Positions 1 through 10,525 of a stretch of DNA of 64,000 nt are shown one piece after another. The notes beneath the pieces are model-generated. The model had not been told where the DNA came from, did not search any database, and saw only the letters and a list, made by a program, of their open reading frames with translations. A program made the position numbers and the translations under genes. This DNA is from Camelus ferus (lineage: Eukaryota): contig NC_045697.1 of assembly GCF_009834535.1 (NCBI RefSeq), positions 25,174,001-25,238,000 on the forward strand, in the 5' to 3' direction. The first letter of the stretch is position 1; each line of letters starts with the position of its first letter.

Positions 1-2831
1 AGAGAAGAAAAAGATTTATATAGCTGGCTCAGAATATCCTTTTCCCACTAGTCTTCAACTTAGAATCATAAACTTTTTAAAATGGCCGTGTTTACTTACT
101 ACAGTGTTTTCGTCAACATCGTTTCCTAGTCATAACACTCAGGTTTCCAAATCGTACAGAACTTTATACTTCAGTTAAAAAAAAAAAGTGAGAAAACCAT
201 TTCCTGACTCTCTTCGTTTGGTGTCTCCCCATTGGTAAATTTATGAGATCATCCTCCCTGGTAACCAAAGAATGATATAATATCAAACACAAATACTTTG
301 GCTACTTGAATGCTAATGAAATTAAATGCAACAGATGATTTTATACACTAAATAAGGGTAGTCTGAAGTATCGCATGAGACTTTCATTTTATTTCATTTA
401 CTGAAGTATAAATGACTTACTGTATTATGTTCATTTCAGGTGTACAACATATTGTTTCAATATTTTGTATGTTTGTTATGAAATAATCAGCACAATAAAT
501 CTACTTACTGTCACCATACAGATTTATAACAATGCTATTGACTGTTATTCCCTGTGCTATAAATTACATCCTCATGACATATTTATTTTATAACGGGAAA
601 TGTTTATTTCTTAATCCCCCTTATCTATTTCTCGTATCACTCTAATCCCCTCTCTTCTGGTAATCACCAATTTATTTTCTGTGTCTGTAAGTCTATTTCT
701 GTTTTATTATGTTTGTTCATTGTTTTTTATTTTTGTTAGAGTCCACATATAAGTGAAATCATATGGTATGTGTATTTCTCTGACAGATTTATTTACTTAA
801 CATTATATAGTCAAGGTCTATCCATGTTGTTGTAAATCACAAGACTTCATTCTTTTTTATAACTGAGTAGTATTTCATTGCACATATATATACCACATTT
901 TCTTCATCTATTCATTCACAGATGGATGTACATTGTTTCCATATCTTGGCTATTTTAAATAATAATGTAATGAACATAGGGGTTTAAAATTAGTGTTTTT
1001 ATTTTCTTCAGATAAATATCCATGAGTAGAATTGCGGGATCACGTGGTTTTACTTTTAATTTTTTGTGAGAAACCCACCATACTCTTTTCCATAGTAGCT
1101 GTACCAATTTACCCACCAACTATGCACAAGGGTTCTCTTTTTTCCATATCATTGCCAACACTTGTTATTTGTCTTTTTGATAACAGACATTCTGGCAGAT
1201 ATGAAGTAATACCTCATTGTGGTTTTGATTTACATTTCCCTGGTGAGTAGTGATGTTGAACATCTTTCTGCATGCTTGTTGGCCATCTGTAGGTCTTCAC
1301 ACACACAAAAAGCCTATTCAGGACTTCTACCCATTTTTAATTGAGTTGTTTATTTTTTTTTTTTTTGATATTGACTTGTAGGTGTTCTTTGTATATTTTA
1401 AGTTTTAAGCTCATATCAGGTATATTTGCAAATATATTCTCCCATTAAGTAAGTTGCTTTTACCTTTGGTTGAGGGTTTCTTTTGATGTGCAAAAGCTGT
1501 TTAGTTTTATGAGGACTAATTTTTTTAACTTTATTGTCCTTGCCTAAGGAGGCAGATCCAAAAAGTAATGCTAAGACTCATGTCAAACTTGCATACTATC
1601 TATATTTTCTTCTAGGAATTTTATGGCTTCTGGTCTTAGATGTAGGCTTTTACTTCATGTTGAATTAGCTTTGTATATAGTGTAAAAAAAGATATAGTTT
1701 TATTGGCATGTAGCTGTCGAGCTTTCCAAATACCATTTATTGAAGATGCTGTCTTTTTTCCCATTGTATATTCTTGCCTCCTTTGTCATAGATTAATTGA
1801 CCATGTAACTGTGGGTTTGTTTCTGGGTTCTTTATTTTGTTCCATTGATCTATATGTCTGTTTTTGTGACAGTGCTATCTTGTTTCCATTACTATAGCTT
1901 TGAAATATAGTTTGATATCAGACAGTGTGATATTTACAGCTTTGTTCTTCTTTCTCAAGAATACTTTGGCTATGGGGGATTGTGGTTTCATACAAAATTT
2001 AGGATTGTTCGTTCTAGTTCTGTGAAGAAATGCCATTGGTATTTTGATAGGGATTACACTGAACCTGTAAAATGCTAGAGTAGTATTGATTTTTAACAAT
2101 ATTAAATTTTTCTATCCATAAGCACAATGTATCTTACTATTTATTTGTGTCATCTTCAATTTCTTTCATCAATGTTTTATAGTTTTCAAAGTACAGTTAT
2201 TTCACCTCCTTGGCTAACTTTATTCCTAGGTATTTTAATCTTTCCGAAGCAGTTGTGAAAGTGATTGATTTCTTATTTTCTTTTTCCTGATAATTTTTAT
2301 TAGTATATAGAAATGCAACTAATTTCTGTATTTCCGTGATATCAGTTGTAATTTATCCTCTTTCCATTTAATTATACTTATTTGGGCCCACTCTCTGTTT
2401 TTTGAGTTTTGCTAATTTTTTTTCTTGACAAATCTGGCTAAAGCTTTATCGATTTAGTTTATTTTTATTTTAAAAAACAAGCTCTTAATTTCCTTGATCT
2501 TTTATACATTTTTTTTGTTATTTTTTAAATTCTCTGTTTCCTTTATTTCCACTTTGATTTTTAATCTGTTTTAGTTTCTTTCTTTAACTTTGAGCTTTGT
2601 TTATTCTTTTTTTTCCTAGTCTCTTTAGCTTTAAGCTTAGATTATTTTAGATTGTTCTTGTGTCCGAGTAGGCTTGTCTCACTATGAATGTCTAGTAGAG
2701 CAGGTTTTTTTTTTTAACTCTTAGAACTGCCTTTGCTGCATCCCATAGATTTTGGAGTATTTTTTCCATTTTCATTTGTCTCCAGGTATTTTATAATTTT
2801 CTCTTTGATTTCTTTGTTGATTCATTGATTT

Positions 2832-2890
2832 CTTTCTTTCTTTTTTCTTTTTTTCCAGATAAAACATATTTTTAATACTTATTTAATAGG
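2832..2890 (-). pseudogene. Tiny retrotransposed poly(A)+ fragment (micro-retrocopy) inside the L1
   Basis: Direct repeats tcattgattt at 2822-2831 and 2892-2901 flank an interrupted T-tract plus ~35 nt of non-L1 sequence. On the minus strand ATTAAA lies 16 nt before the A-tail. The target reads TTTT/AG. Confidence 0.65.
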
Positions 2891-4280
2891 CTCATTGATT
2901 TTTTAGTAGCATGTTGTTTTGTGTCTACATGCTTGTGTTTTTCTAGTTTTCTTCCTGTAATTGATTTCTAGTTTTATACTGTTGTGGTCTGAAAAGATGC
3001 TTGATACGATTTTAATTTTCTTAACTTTATTGAGACTTGTTTTGTGGCCTGACATATGATCTCTCCTGACTAATTCCAATTTGTACTTGAAAAGAATGTG
3101 TATTCTGCTGTTTTTAGATGGGATGTACTATCTATATTTATTATGTTACTCTTATTTATTGTGACATTTAAGGTCAATGTTTATTGATTTTCTGTCTGGT
3201 TGATGTAAGTAGGATATGAAAGTCCCCTTCTATTGTATTACTGTCAGTCTCTCCCTTTATGTGTGTTAATATATGCTCCTATATTGAATCTGTGAATACT
3301 TACCAATGTTTTTGTCTTCTTCTTAGATTAAGCCCTTTTTCATTATGCAGTGCCTTTCTTTGTGTTTGGTTACTTTCTTTTAAAGGCTACTTTGTCTGAT
3401 AGTATTGCTACCCCAACTTTCTTTTTGTTTTCATTTGCATGGAATATCTTTTTCCATTCTTTCACTTTCAGTCTCTGTGTGTGTCTTTATCTGAAGTGAG
3501 TTTCATAGGTGTCATGTAGGTAGATCTTATTTTTATACACATTCACACATCCTATGCCTTTTGATTGGAGCATTTAGTCAATTTACATTAAAAATGACTA
3601 CCAATAAGTGTGTGCTTATTACCATTTTGTTTATATTTTTCTTGCTGTTTTTGTATTACCTCCCCTCTTCTTTTTTCCCTTTTTTAGTCTCTACCTTTGT
3701 AGTTTGATGGTTTTCTTTATGTTATGTTTGCATTCCTTTCACTTTAATATTTTTTGTATCTCTTGTATGTTTTTGATTTGGGGTTACCATATATCAACCT
3801 ATAGTAGAGCAGGTTTTTTTTTTTAAAGCTGATGTCTCTGTAAGTTTGAATGCTATTCTAAAAGCACTACATTTTTAGTACCCCCCCTCCACATTTTGTT
3901 TTTGAGGTACTTTGGGTATTCCTTAACTACTTACTGGAGTTATAGTTGATTTTATGACTTCTGTCCTTTAACCTTCATAATAGCTTTATATATGGCTGAT
4001 CACTGTCTTTACTACATATTTGCCTTTACCAGTGAGATTCTTTTCTTTCATATATTATCTTGTCACTTACAGGAGATTCTTTAACATTTCTTGTAAAGCC
4101 AGTTTAGTAGTGAAAATCTCTTTTAGTTTTTGTTTATCTGTGAAACTCTGTCTCTCTCCTTCAATTCTGAATGATAATTTTGCCAGGCAAAGTATTCTTG
4201 GTGGTATTTTGTTTTTCCTTTCAGCACTTTAAATATATTATCTAATCCCTTCTGACGTTCCCAGTTTCTGCCTTATGGGA

Positions 4281-4304
4281 TTTTTTTTTTTTTTTTTTTT
4301 TTTT
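4281..4304. repeat. T24 homopolymer
   Basis: Read directly. Confidence 0.95.
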
Positions 4305-5109
4305 GGTGTGTGTCTAGTTGTTTTTCTCTAGCTAACTCAAATTCTCTCTTTAGCTTTAACTTTTGCCATTTTAATAATGATATGCTTTGATCTGGATATC
4401 TTTGGGTTCATCTTGTTTTATGGCTATCTGTTTCATGAACCTGAATATCTGTTTCATCCCCCAGGTTAGGGAATTTTTCAGCTATTTTAAAAATACATTT
4501 TCTGTCCCTTTCTCTCTTTTCTCCTCTGGGACTTTTATAATGTGAGTATTAGCATGTTTTATGTTGTCTCAGGGATTCCTTAAAGTATCCTAATTTTTTT
4601 AAGTTTGTTTACTTTTTCCTTCTTGTTGTTCTGATTTGGTGATTTCCATAATTCTGTCTTCCAGATTGCTTATGTGCTCTTCTGTGCCATCTAATCTGTT
4701 GTTGATTCCCTCTAGTTTATTTTTTATTTCAGTTACTTATTCTTCAACACTTATTGGTTCTTTCTTATATTTTCTAATTTTTTGTTGAAGTTCTCACTGT
4801 GTTTCTCCATTCTTCTCCCAAGTTCACTGAACATACGAACCCCTTGCTTAAACCCCTTGCTTCTTAGGGAGGACCTTCTTTGTGTTTGTGATATCCCCTC
4901 CTGTTTGTGGGTCATCACGCCGAGGGTTTGAGTCCCAACTATATTGCATTTCTCTCCCTCCTCCACACCTCAATATGACTTTTTATATGTTTAATTTTAG
5001 AAGCCCCATTCTGCTATTCTTCAGGTCATTCTAAGAGAAAGTTGTTCAATATGTAGTTACAGTTAAGGTGTGTAGTTAAGCATGTGCTAAGGCACAGCTT
5101 CAGTAGCTT

Positions 5110-5713
5110 TGAGCTGAGGACCAATTTTTCCCCACAGATACAAGAGATTAATGTATAGGGATGATAAGATACTGTGAATAGCATCCAATATTAAACAGGT
5201 GATGCAGTGATGGAATCATGTGTTGCTTTAGGAAACATAAAAGATTAAATAAGTTTTGAGAGATGATAGCTTACACAGAACACAAATGTACTTGTAGTAT
5301 GGATGTGATGAGTGAATAGAACAAGCTACTGCATTTGTATTCTATCGAAAATTAACAGAACAGAATGAATGAGAATCTTGGGATTTACAAAAGACAGGAG
5401 CTGGGATGGATTTGAGGCAGTATAGATTCCTTTGGGGATTCATTGGAATTAGTACTAGCAATTAAGAAATGTTCACTGGGGGGTTGATGCACTGTCACTC
5501 TTTGTGTAACAGATTGACCTGGTTATTACACATAAAGCAGAATGAAACTTGGGAATTACGGTTGATCACAGGGGACTCCATAAATGCATTCCTCCACTTG
5601 GTGTGATACCTCGGGTAAAATATCTTAAGCAGGCTGAGCATAATAAAACTTGCTAATACTTTTTCTGGTTCAGTCTCAGAGGCTTGCTAGGGGACTACTC
5701 GTGGAAGGAAATG
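5110..5713 (+). mobile_element. Ancient class III (ERV-L-like) ERV internal fossil, part 1: protease to RT motif A
   Basis: Manual translation with frameshifts: RQYRF (5415), SLCNRLTWLLHIKQNETW/ITVDHRGLHKCIPPL (~5499-5599), IKLANTF (5643), SWKEM (5699-5713). These match ERV-L pol KQYRI, [34 protein letters not shown] and SWQGQ. Weaker protease-like GMI/DT at ~5158. Confidence 0.8.
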
Positions 5714-5748
5714 TATGTTAGTTATCTACCATGGCATAGCAAATTACC

Positions 5749-6299
5749 TGTCAAATTAACACTTGTTAAGTGGTGCACAGGATGTTGGATAGTGAGCCAT
5801 GGTTCCACAAAGGACCGCGATGGAAACTGAAATAGAGAAGTTTATTATTCATAGTTTCTAGAAGAAGTAACTGGCATACCTCATGGGGCCATATGAGGAG
5901 ATTAAACAGTGCAAAGAGGGAGGCAGAAACAGAGGAATGTGCCTTTGTTAGGGTATGTGGATAAACTGCTTTGGAGTTCCCAGACTAAGGCCATGTTGGT
6001 GAATTCAAACCAAAAGAGTAGACTTTTGGCAATTTCTGTGGTGGGGCGGGGGGTAGGTTCTTATGTATCAAGGGGGTACATAAGGTGAAGTCATTGGGAA
6101 GCAGAGAGTGTCGATCACAAAGGCTGTTGAGGAAGTCACATCGGAACTTACATCTTCTTGTGACTCTGCAGGCTGCTAGCTAGAGCTTATGCTTGCATGA
6201 GGGGCTAGTGTCAGTTTAATGCTCTTCCAGGCCACTTGGCCAAGTAAAATGGATGCAGGGGCAATAATACTATGGAGTAGTTTAGCTGAACTCTTGACA
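5749..6299 (-). mobile_element. Solo LTR (ERVL class by TSD length), 551 bp, nested in MLT1
   Basis: TGTCAA...TTGACA inverted termini. Exact 5-bp TSD ttacc at 5744-5748 and 6300-6304. Minus-strand AATAAA at ~5841-5846. Confidence 0.88.
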
Positions 6300-6760
6300 T
6301 TACCCCAAAAATTAGTGGCTTAAAAACAATGAATATAACATCTTACAGTTTCTGTGGGTCAGGAATTCATGAGTAATTAACATGAGTGAGTTTTACATAT
6401 TTGCAGTCAGCATGTAAGCAGGAGCAATGTTAATCTGAAGTCTATCTGATATAATAAGCTGATGTAATTCCAGAAGGGCTGTCCTACAGGTTTATTGGCA
6501 GAAGGCCTTCACTCCTCATCATATGGGCTTCTGCTCATGAGATTGTATCTAACTTTTCTCAGAGCAAGTGAGCCTCAAGAGAAAACAAGGAGGGCACTGA
6601 TATATTTTATAACCTAGTCTCCATCTCCAAAATCACCTACCTATATTTACACTTCATTCTATTTGTTAGAAATGAGTTATTGAGTCCATTCCACAGTCAA
6701 AGACAGAATTAGGTTCCAGGTATTCTAGGAAAGAAGTGTGACAGGATTTGTGAACATGTT

Positions 6761-6914
6761 CTTTTTAATTTTTTGACTTTATTAAGGAATACTTGACCAA
6801 TAGGATTAGATATATTTAAACTGTACAACATGATGATTAGATAAACATAAACATTATAAAACAATTACTAAATTCAAGATAATTAACACACCAATAACCT
6901 CACATAGTTAACAT
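6761..6914 (-). mobile_element. 5'-truncated L1MA-type 3' tail nested in MLT1
   Basis: T-rich start, then tttattaaggaatacttgacc..tgtacaacatgatgatt..cctcacatagtta. TSD tgaacatgtt (6751-6760) / tgaagatgtt (6915-6924). TTTT/AA target. Confidence 0.85.
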
Positions 6915-6942
6915 TGAAGATGTTTTAAATCCACCAAAGATG

Positions 6943-7584
6943 CAGTATATCTTCCTGAGATGCCAATAGGTTATGTTAATTTTCTTAATAATGGGATATA
7001 ATCAGGAAATATCTCATTGTGATAACCAGCACCTGTATTATATTTCATTACCTTATGGTAAAGTATTAGCAGAAGTCACAGACAAATAAGTAGTTTTATG
7101 ATATGAAGAGGTTATTATAATACATAGCATTCTGAGATTGACTGGTCATTCCAACCAAAGTGAAAATAACTTACTTTTAGAAAACTCAGTATTGCCAAAC
7201 ACTAGCAACACAAAAGCCAATAAAGACAAGAACAAATAGCAATAAAAATCTCAATTATCTCAAAGCTCACATCAAAATAAGAAATAACTAAGGATTGTGG
7301 TTTAACTTGCATTTTAGAGGAATTCTATTTCAAACTTGGATGTGCTTTTGACACCCATGTAACAAATGACATGTAAAAATGCTGTTTTTTAAACGAGGAA
7401 GAGAGAAACAGCAGGATGAGCTACTGAACTAGGTAAAACAAAACAAAACAAAACAAAACAAAAAAAAACTAGCATGTTTAGGTCCTGAAAGAATATTCAT
7501 TATTCTAATCTGTTTATTATGTTGGAAGAATTTGAAAGAGGATCTTGTCTGGGGATTCTAGCAGAAGCCCAAGATACTTAGACA
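6943..7584 (+). mobile_element. ERV-L-like pol fossil, part 2: RT motifs B and C, thumb and connection
   Basis: QYIFL/MPIGYVNF (6943-6986) vs QYTFTVLPQGYINS. HYL(D)GKVLA (7046) vs HYIDDIMLI. IPTKVK vs INPTKIQ. LAF*RNSISNLDVLLTPM*QMTCKNAVF (7306-7389) vs FGFWRQHIPHLGVLLWPIYRVTRKAASF. DLVWGF*QKP (7541-7570) vs DAVWSLWQAP. Confidence 0.85.
7435..7468. repeat. (AAAAC)n microsatellite grading into poly(A)
   Basis: Read directly; lies inside the ERV pol fossil. Confidence 0.95.
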
Positions 7585-7985
7585 TGTCAGGAATGATAAG
7601 CTATACTTTTTAAATACATTTAGTCCATCATCTCTTCTTATACTATGTATATATAGCTAGGAAATGATTTCCCACTGAGGGACTTCCTTTTCTGGTTTCT
7701 ATGCAATTAGGCATGGCTTTGTGAATAGTTCTTGCCAATGTACATAAGAAGAGTGGGCATACCAAATCTGGGTCAAAGTTTATAAGCAGCAGGTGCAGAA
7801 TATGCAAATTTGAAGCATTACATCTATACCTGAGATATATCTAGTGAAAATCCTGGAATTTAGCATATATGGTATGAATGATTGGAACAGTAGGTTCCAT
7901 CTCCCCTTGTCCCTGTCTGACCTTGTGGTGGGGGTGGCTTGAGTGTGTTCTACCTGTGGAAATAAGTGTGTACACAGACATCTCA
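7585..7985 (+). mobile_element. Degraded old MaLR LTR piece (MLT1J/K-like)
   Basis: tgcaattaggcatggctttgtgaatagttcttgccaatg resembles the MLT1 core motif. Confidence 0.55.
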
Positions 7986-8418
7986 TGTGCTGGGTTTTAC
8001 TAAAACCCTATTCTTTCCTTTATAATAAACAATCATAGCTAGAATGCTCCTGCAGAGCTGGGCTCTACATTTCCCAGTCCGCTTTGTACTTTGTTATGAT
8101 CATGTGAATAGTTTTGCTTATGAAAAGTAAGTGGGATTTTTGTACCACTCCTGATAAAGGATTATTGAATAGCACGTGTATGTCCTCTGTTCTCTTTCTT
8201 TTCCAACATCCGAATAAAATGACAATAACCTTCTGAGGGTGCAAGTGACACAAAACAGAAAAAGCCTGCACTTTGGAACAACTATATGAAAGAGAGTCAT
8301 CTGCCAATCAGGAGTATCTACCTTAGACTCTTCTGGGAGCAAGAATAAAAATCTGTTGTCTCTGAGCTTTATTTGTTTTTGGTTTGGTTTTTAAAGCAGT
8401 TTAATATACCATAATACA
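7986..8418 (+). mobile_element. MaLR LTR (MLT1J-like)
   Basis: TG start, ctacatttcccag..catgtgaatagttttg core, AATAAA at ~8344, ends taataca. Confidence 0.7.
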
Positions 8419-8420
8419 AA

Positions 8421-8560
8421 GTGCCATTGGGCCTTAAAACTGAAAATGTTCTGACACAGGTACATGCTGCAAGACTAGAGAAGCTAACATTGGCTGAGAG
8501 TGAACAAGGTGACTAAAGAGTCCCAAACAGCTCTGGGCCAGATGTCCCAATGAAGCCCAT
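8421..8560 (+). mobile_element. ERV-L-like pol fossil, part 3 (connection region)
   Basis: VPLGL..LEKLTLAESEQ..GPDVPM vs ERV-L RPLGF..FERQLL..LVETER..RPELPI. Continues from WQxP at ~7560 once the MLT1 pieces are removed. Confidence 0.6.
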
Positions 8561-8584
8561 TTGCTGTTATATGATAATAACACA

Positions 8585-9290
8585 AAAATACTTATGGAGC
8601 TTCTTTTCTTTTATGCCAGTCACTTTTATAGGTTCCAGGGATGCAGTCAGGGTAGACGTACACAGATTGTAGTTTGTACATGACGCAGGGGACTTCATTT
8701 AGAGTAGTGCAATGTACTTTCCATGGAGTAATTCTCATAGATTAAGGTGATAATTATGACTCTAGCCTTGAGTTATTGGTGCTTGGCAAACTACATACAG
8801 TAGTCAATCAAACAGACTTGCTTTCATAAAATTTATCATCTACAGTGAAAAATAGGCAATAATTTAACTATAAATAGATATAAACTATAAATCTCTGATT
8901 GTATTAAGTGTTAACGAATGAAGAATGAACATGGGAATAGACTAATCATGGTAAAAGATGCTAATTTATATAGGGTTGTCAGAGAAGGCCTCATAGTGGG
9001 AGTAATATTTGAGTGCTACTTGAAATGATATGAGATATTACTAACCTTTGTATGTGACTATTTGAGGGAAAAACATTTCAGGCAGAGGGAAACACAAGTA
9101 CAAAAGATTTTATAATGGTATGTGGTTAGTATGTTCCATGAACAGCAAGAAACACAGTGTGGACAGAAATCAGTGAAAAAGGTGGACAGTATTAGAAAAT
9201 GAGTTTGAAATGCTATACATGTCCTAGATTGTGGAGGATTTTGTTGCCCTACGGCCTTAAGAATTTATTTTAGTTTTAATGGAAAATTAA
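8585..9290 (-). mobile_element. L2 LINE fragments
   Basis: gtcagagaaggcctc..atatttgag, aacatttcaggcagagggaaacacaagtacaaa and gaacagcaagaaacacagtgtgg are typical antisense L2 3' motifs. Confidence 0.75.
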
Positions 9291-9359
9291 CACTGAGAGA
9301 AGCTCTCCCAGATATCCAAATAAAATATTTCAAGAAATACATACTGTTTATATTTTTCC

Positions 9360-9750
9360 AATGTTCTTGAAAGGTAAAAAAAGATAAACACTAAATTGAT
9401 ATTCTTGGACTCCAACTTCCTGGATCACAATCTTGAAAGAGTCTAGAGGAAGGAAGCTGAGCAATTAAGTATTTCATACAGTAAACCCCCTGACATTTTC
9501 TGTTGAGATGAAGTTTGTCTATGAGAATAGGAAAGAGTCCACCATCAAGTAGTAGCTATTCCAATACTATCAAAACCAGACCATCTTTGTATTATATTTT
9601 GTTCATGGCTTTTTGCATTGGACACTTTAAATTCCAAAGAAAAGTGTCAAATTTTGTTTAACTGAGAGTATAATCTTCTTGACTGAGAAGGGTTATGTTT
9701 GGATGTCTTGAATCATTCATCCAGTTGAGAAAATGATTCTCAAAGAAAGA
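9360..9750 (+). mobile_element. Possible ERV-L-like pol fossil, part 4 (integrase end / dUTPase-like)
   Basis: SWITILKES..FHTVNPL vs GWGKVLQKA..YGTVSPI. TLNSKEKCQILFN*EYNL (9624-9677) and FGCL vs MLPPGDTTTIPLNWKLRL and FGLL. Collinear but weak. Confidence 0.4.
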
Positions 9751-10439
9751 AAAGTCTAATCTGTCTAATGAAATGGCTTTTATGTAATATGCCTGGTAAA
9801 GCAAACCTAGATCAGAAACATCCAGTATTACTCCAAGGATTTATATTGATTCCTGCTGTCTGTTCCAATAGGTAAAGAGGTATTGAAACGTTTTTGTTTA
9901 GGGATGAAAGTTATGAAAATGTGTATAGGCTTTTGAATTGTAAATTCAAAAGTTTAAAATTTGCATACGTTATATAGGTTTGCATAGATTATTACATACA
10001 GAAGAGTAAAATTCTGTGATAGGAAGACAGAAATTTTGGCATAGGCTTTAGAGATGGCAAATTGGGTCTGTGGCAAGTTGAGTTCATGAAGTGAGTCATG
10101 TAAACAATAGGTTCAAGACGGTATTTTTCTGAGTACCCCTGAGGTTGTTTATGTTTGTCCGGATTGTCCATGTTGCCAACAGCACAGAGGAGGTTTTGAT
10201 TTGCTTAGCAGACCTAAGTTTGAGTAGGATACTTAATCAGTGTCAGCTCTTTTCCAAGGGCCATGAGCAGAATTTTACCAGAAAACACAACTGCTGAAAC
10301 TCAATGCAAGACACATGAACATAGTTTTACATGCTGGCATCAGTCAGAATGATGACATGCCGAGGGCCTGGATACAGTGGGTTACAGCTGGACACTGCTT
10401 GTCAGATGTGGATGACCCTTTTGTGCCCAAGCAAGAGAT

Positions 10440-10525
10440 CATTTATTCAACAAATATATCAGCAAGTATTCAATAAAATGCTACTAAAGGTCGAGCTCAG
10501 TTCTAGGCACTAGAGATTCAAAATA
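10440..10525 (-). mobile_element. L2 3' terminal fragment
   Basis: atttattcaacaaatat..gttctaggcactagagat. Confidence 0.6.

Larger units (their letters stand above)
385..5075 (-). mobile_element. Near full-length decayed LINE-1 (L1MA9-like/laurasiatherian type) with two large internal deletions
   Basis: T-rich 3' end at ~385. ORF2 C-terminal remnant (ORF 1875-2099: YRFSVIPIKIPMAF..IAKVFLRKKNKAVNITLSDIKLYFKAIV). Linker/endonuclease region ~2335-3600. ORF1 coiled coil (ORF 4751-4966: MFSELGRRMEKHSENFNKKLENIRKNQ). L1 5'UTR-like sequence ~4860-5075. Confidence 0.93.
5714..6937 (-). mobile_element. MaLR LTR (MLT1F/G-like), interrupted by two nested insertions
   Basis: Starts tatgttagttatct..caaattacc, resumes ccaaaaattagtggcttaaaaacaa..cagtttctgtgggtcaggaattc, ends ttttaaatccaccaa. 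5-bp TSD aaatg (5709-5713) / agatg (6938-6942). Confidence 0.85.

Noticed and set aside
5110..9750. Domesticated (functional) retroviral gene
   Set aside because: Many stops and frameshifts, lost catalytic aspartates and multiple TE insertions.
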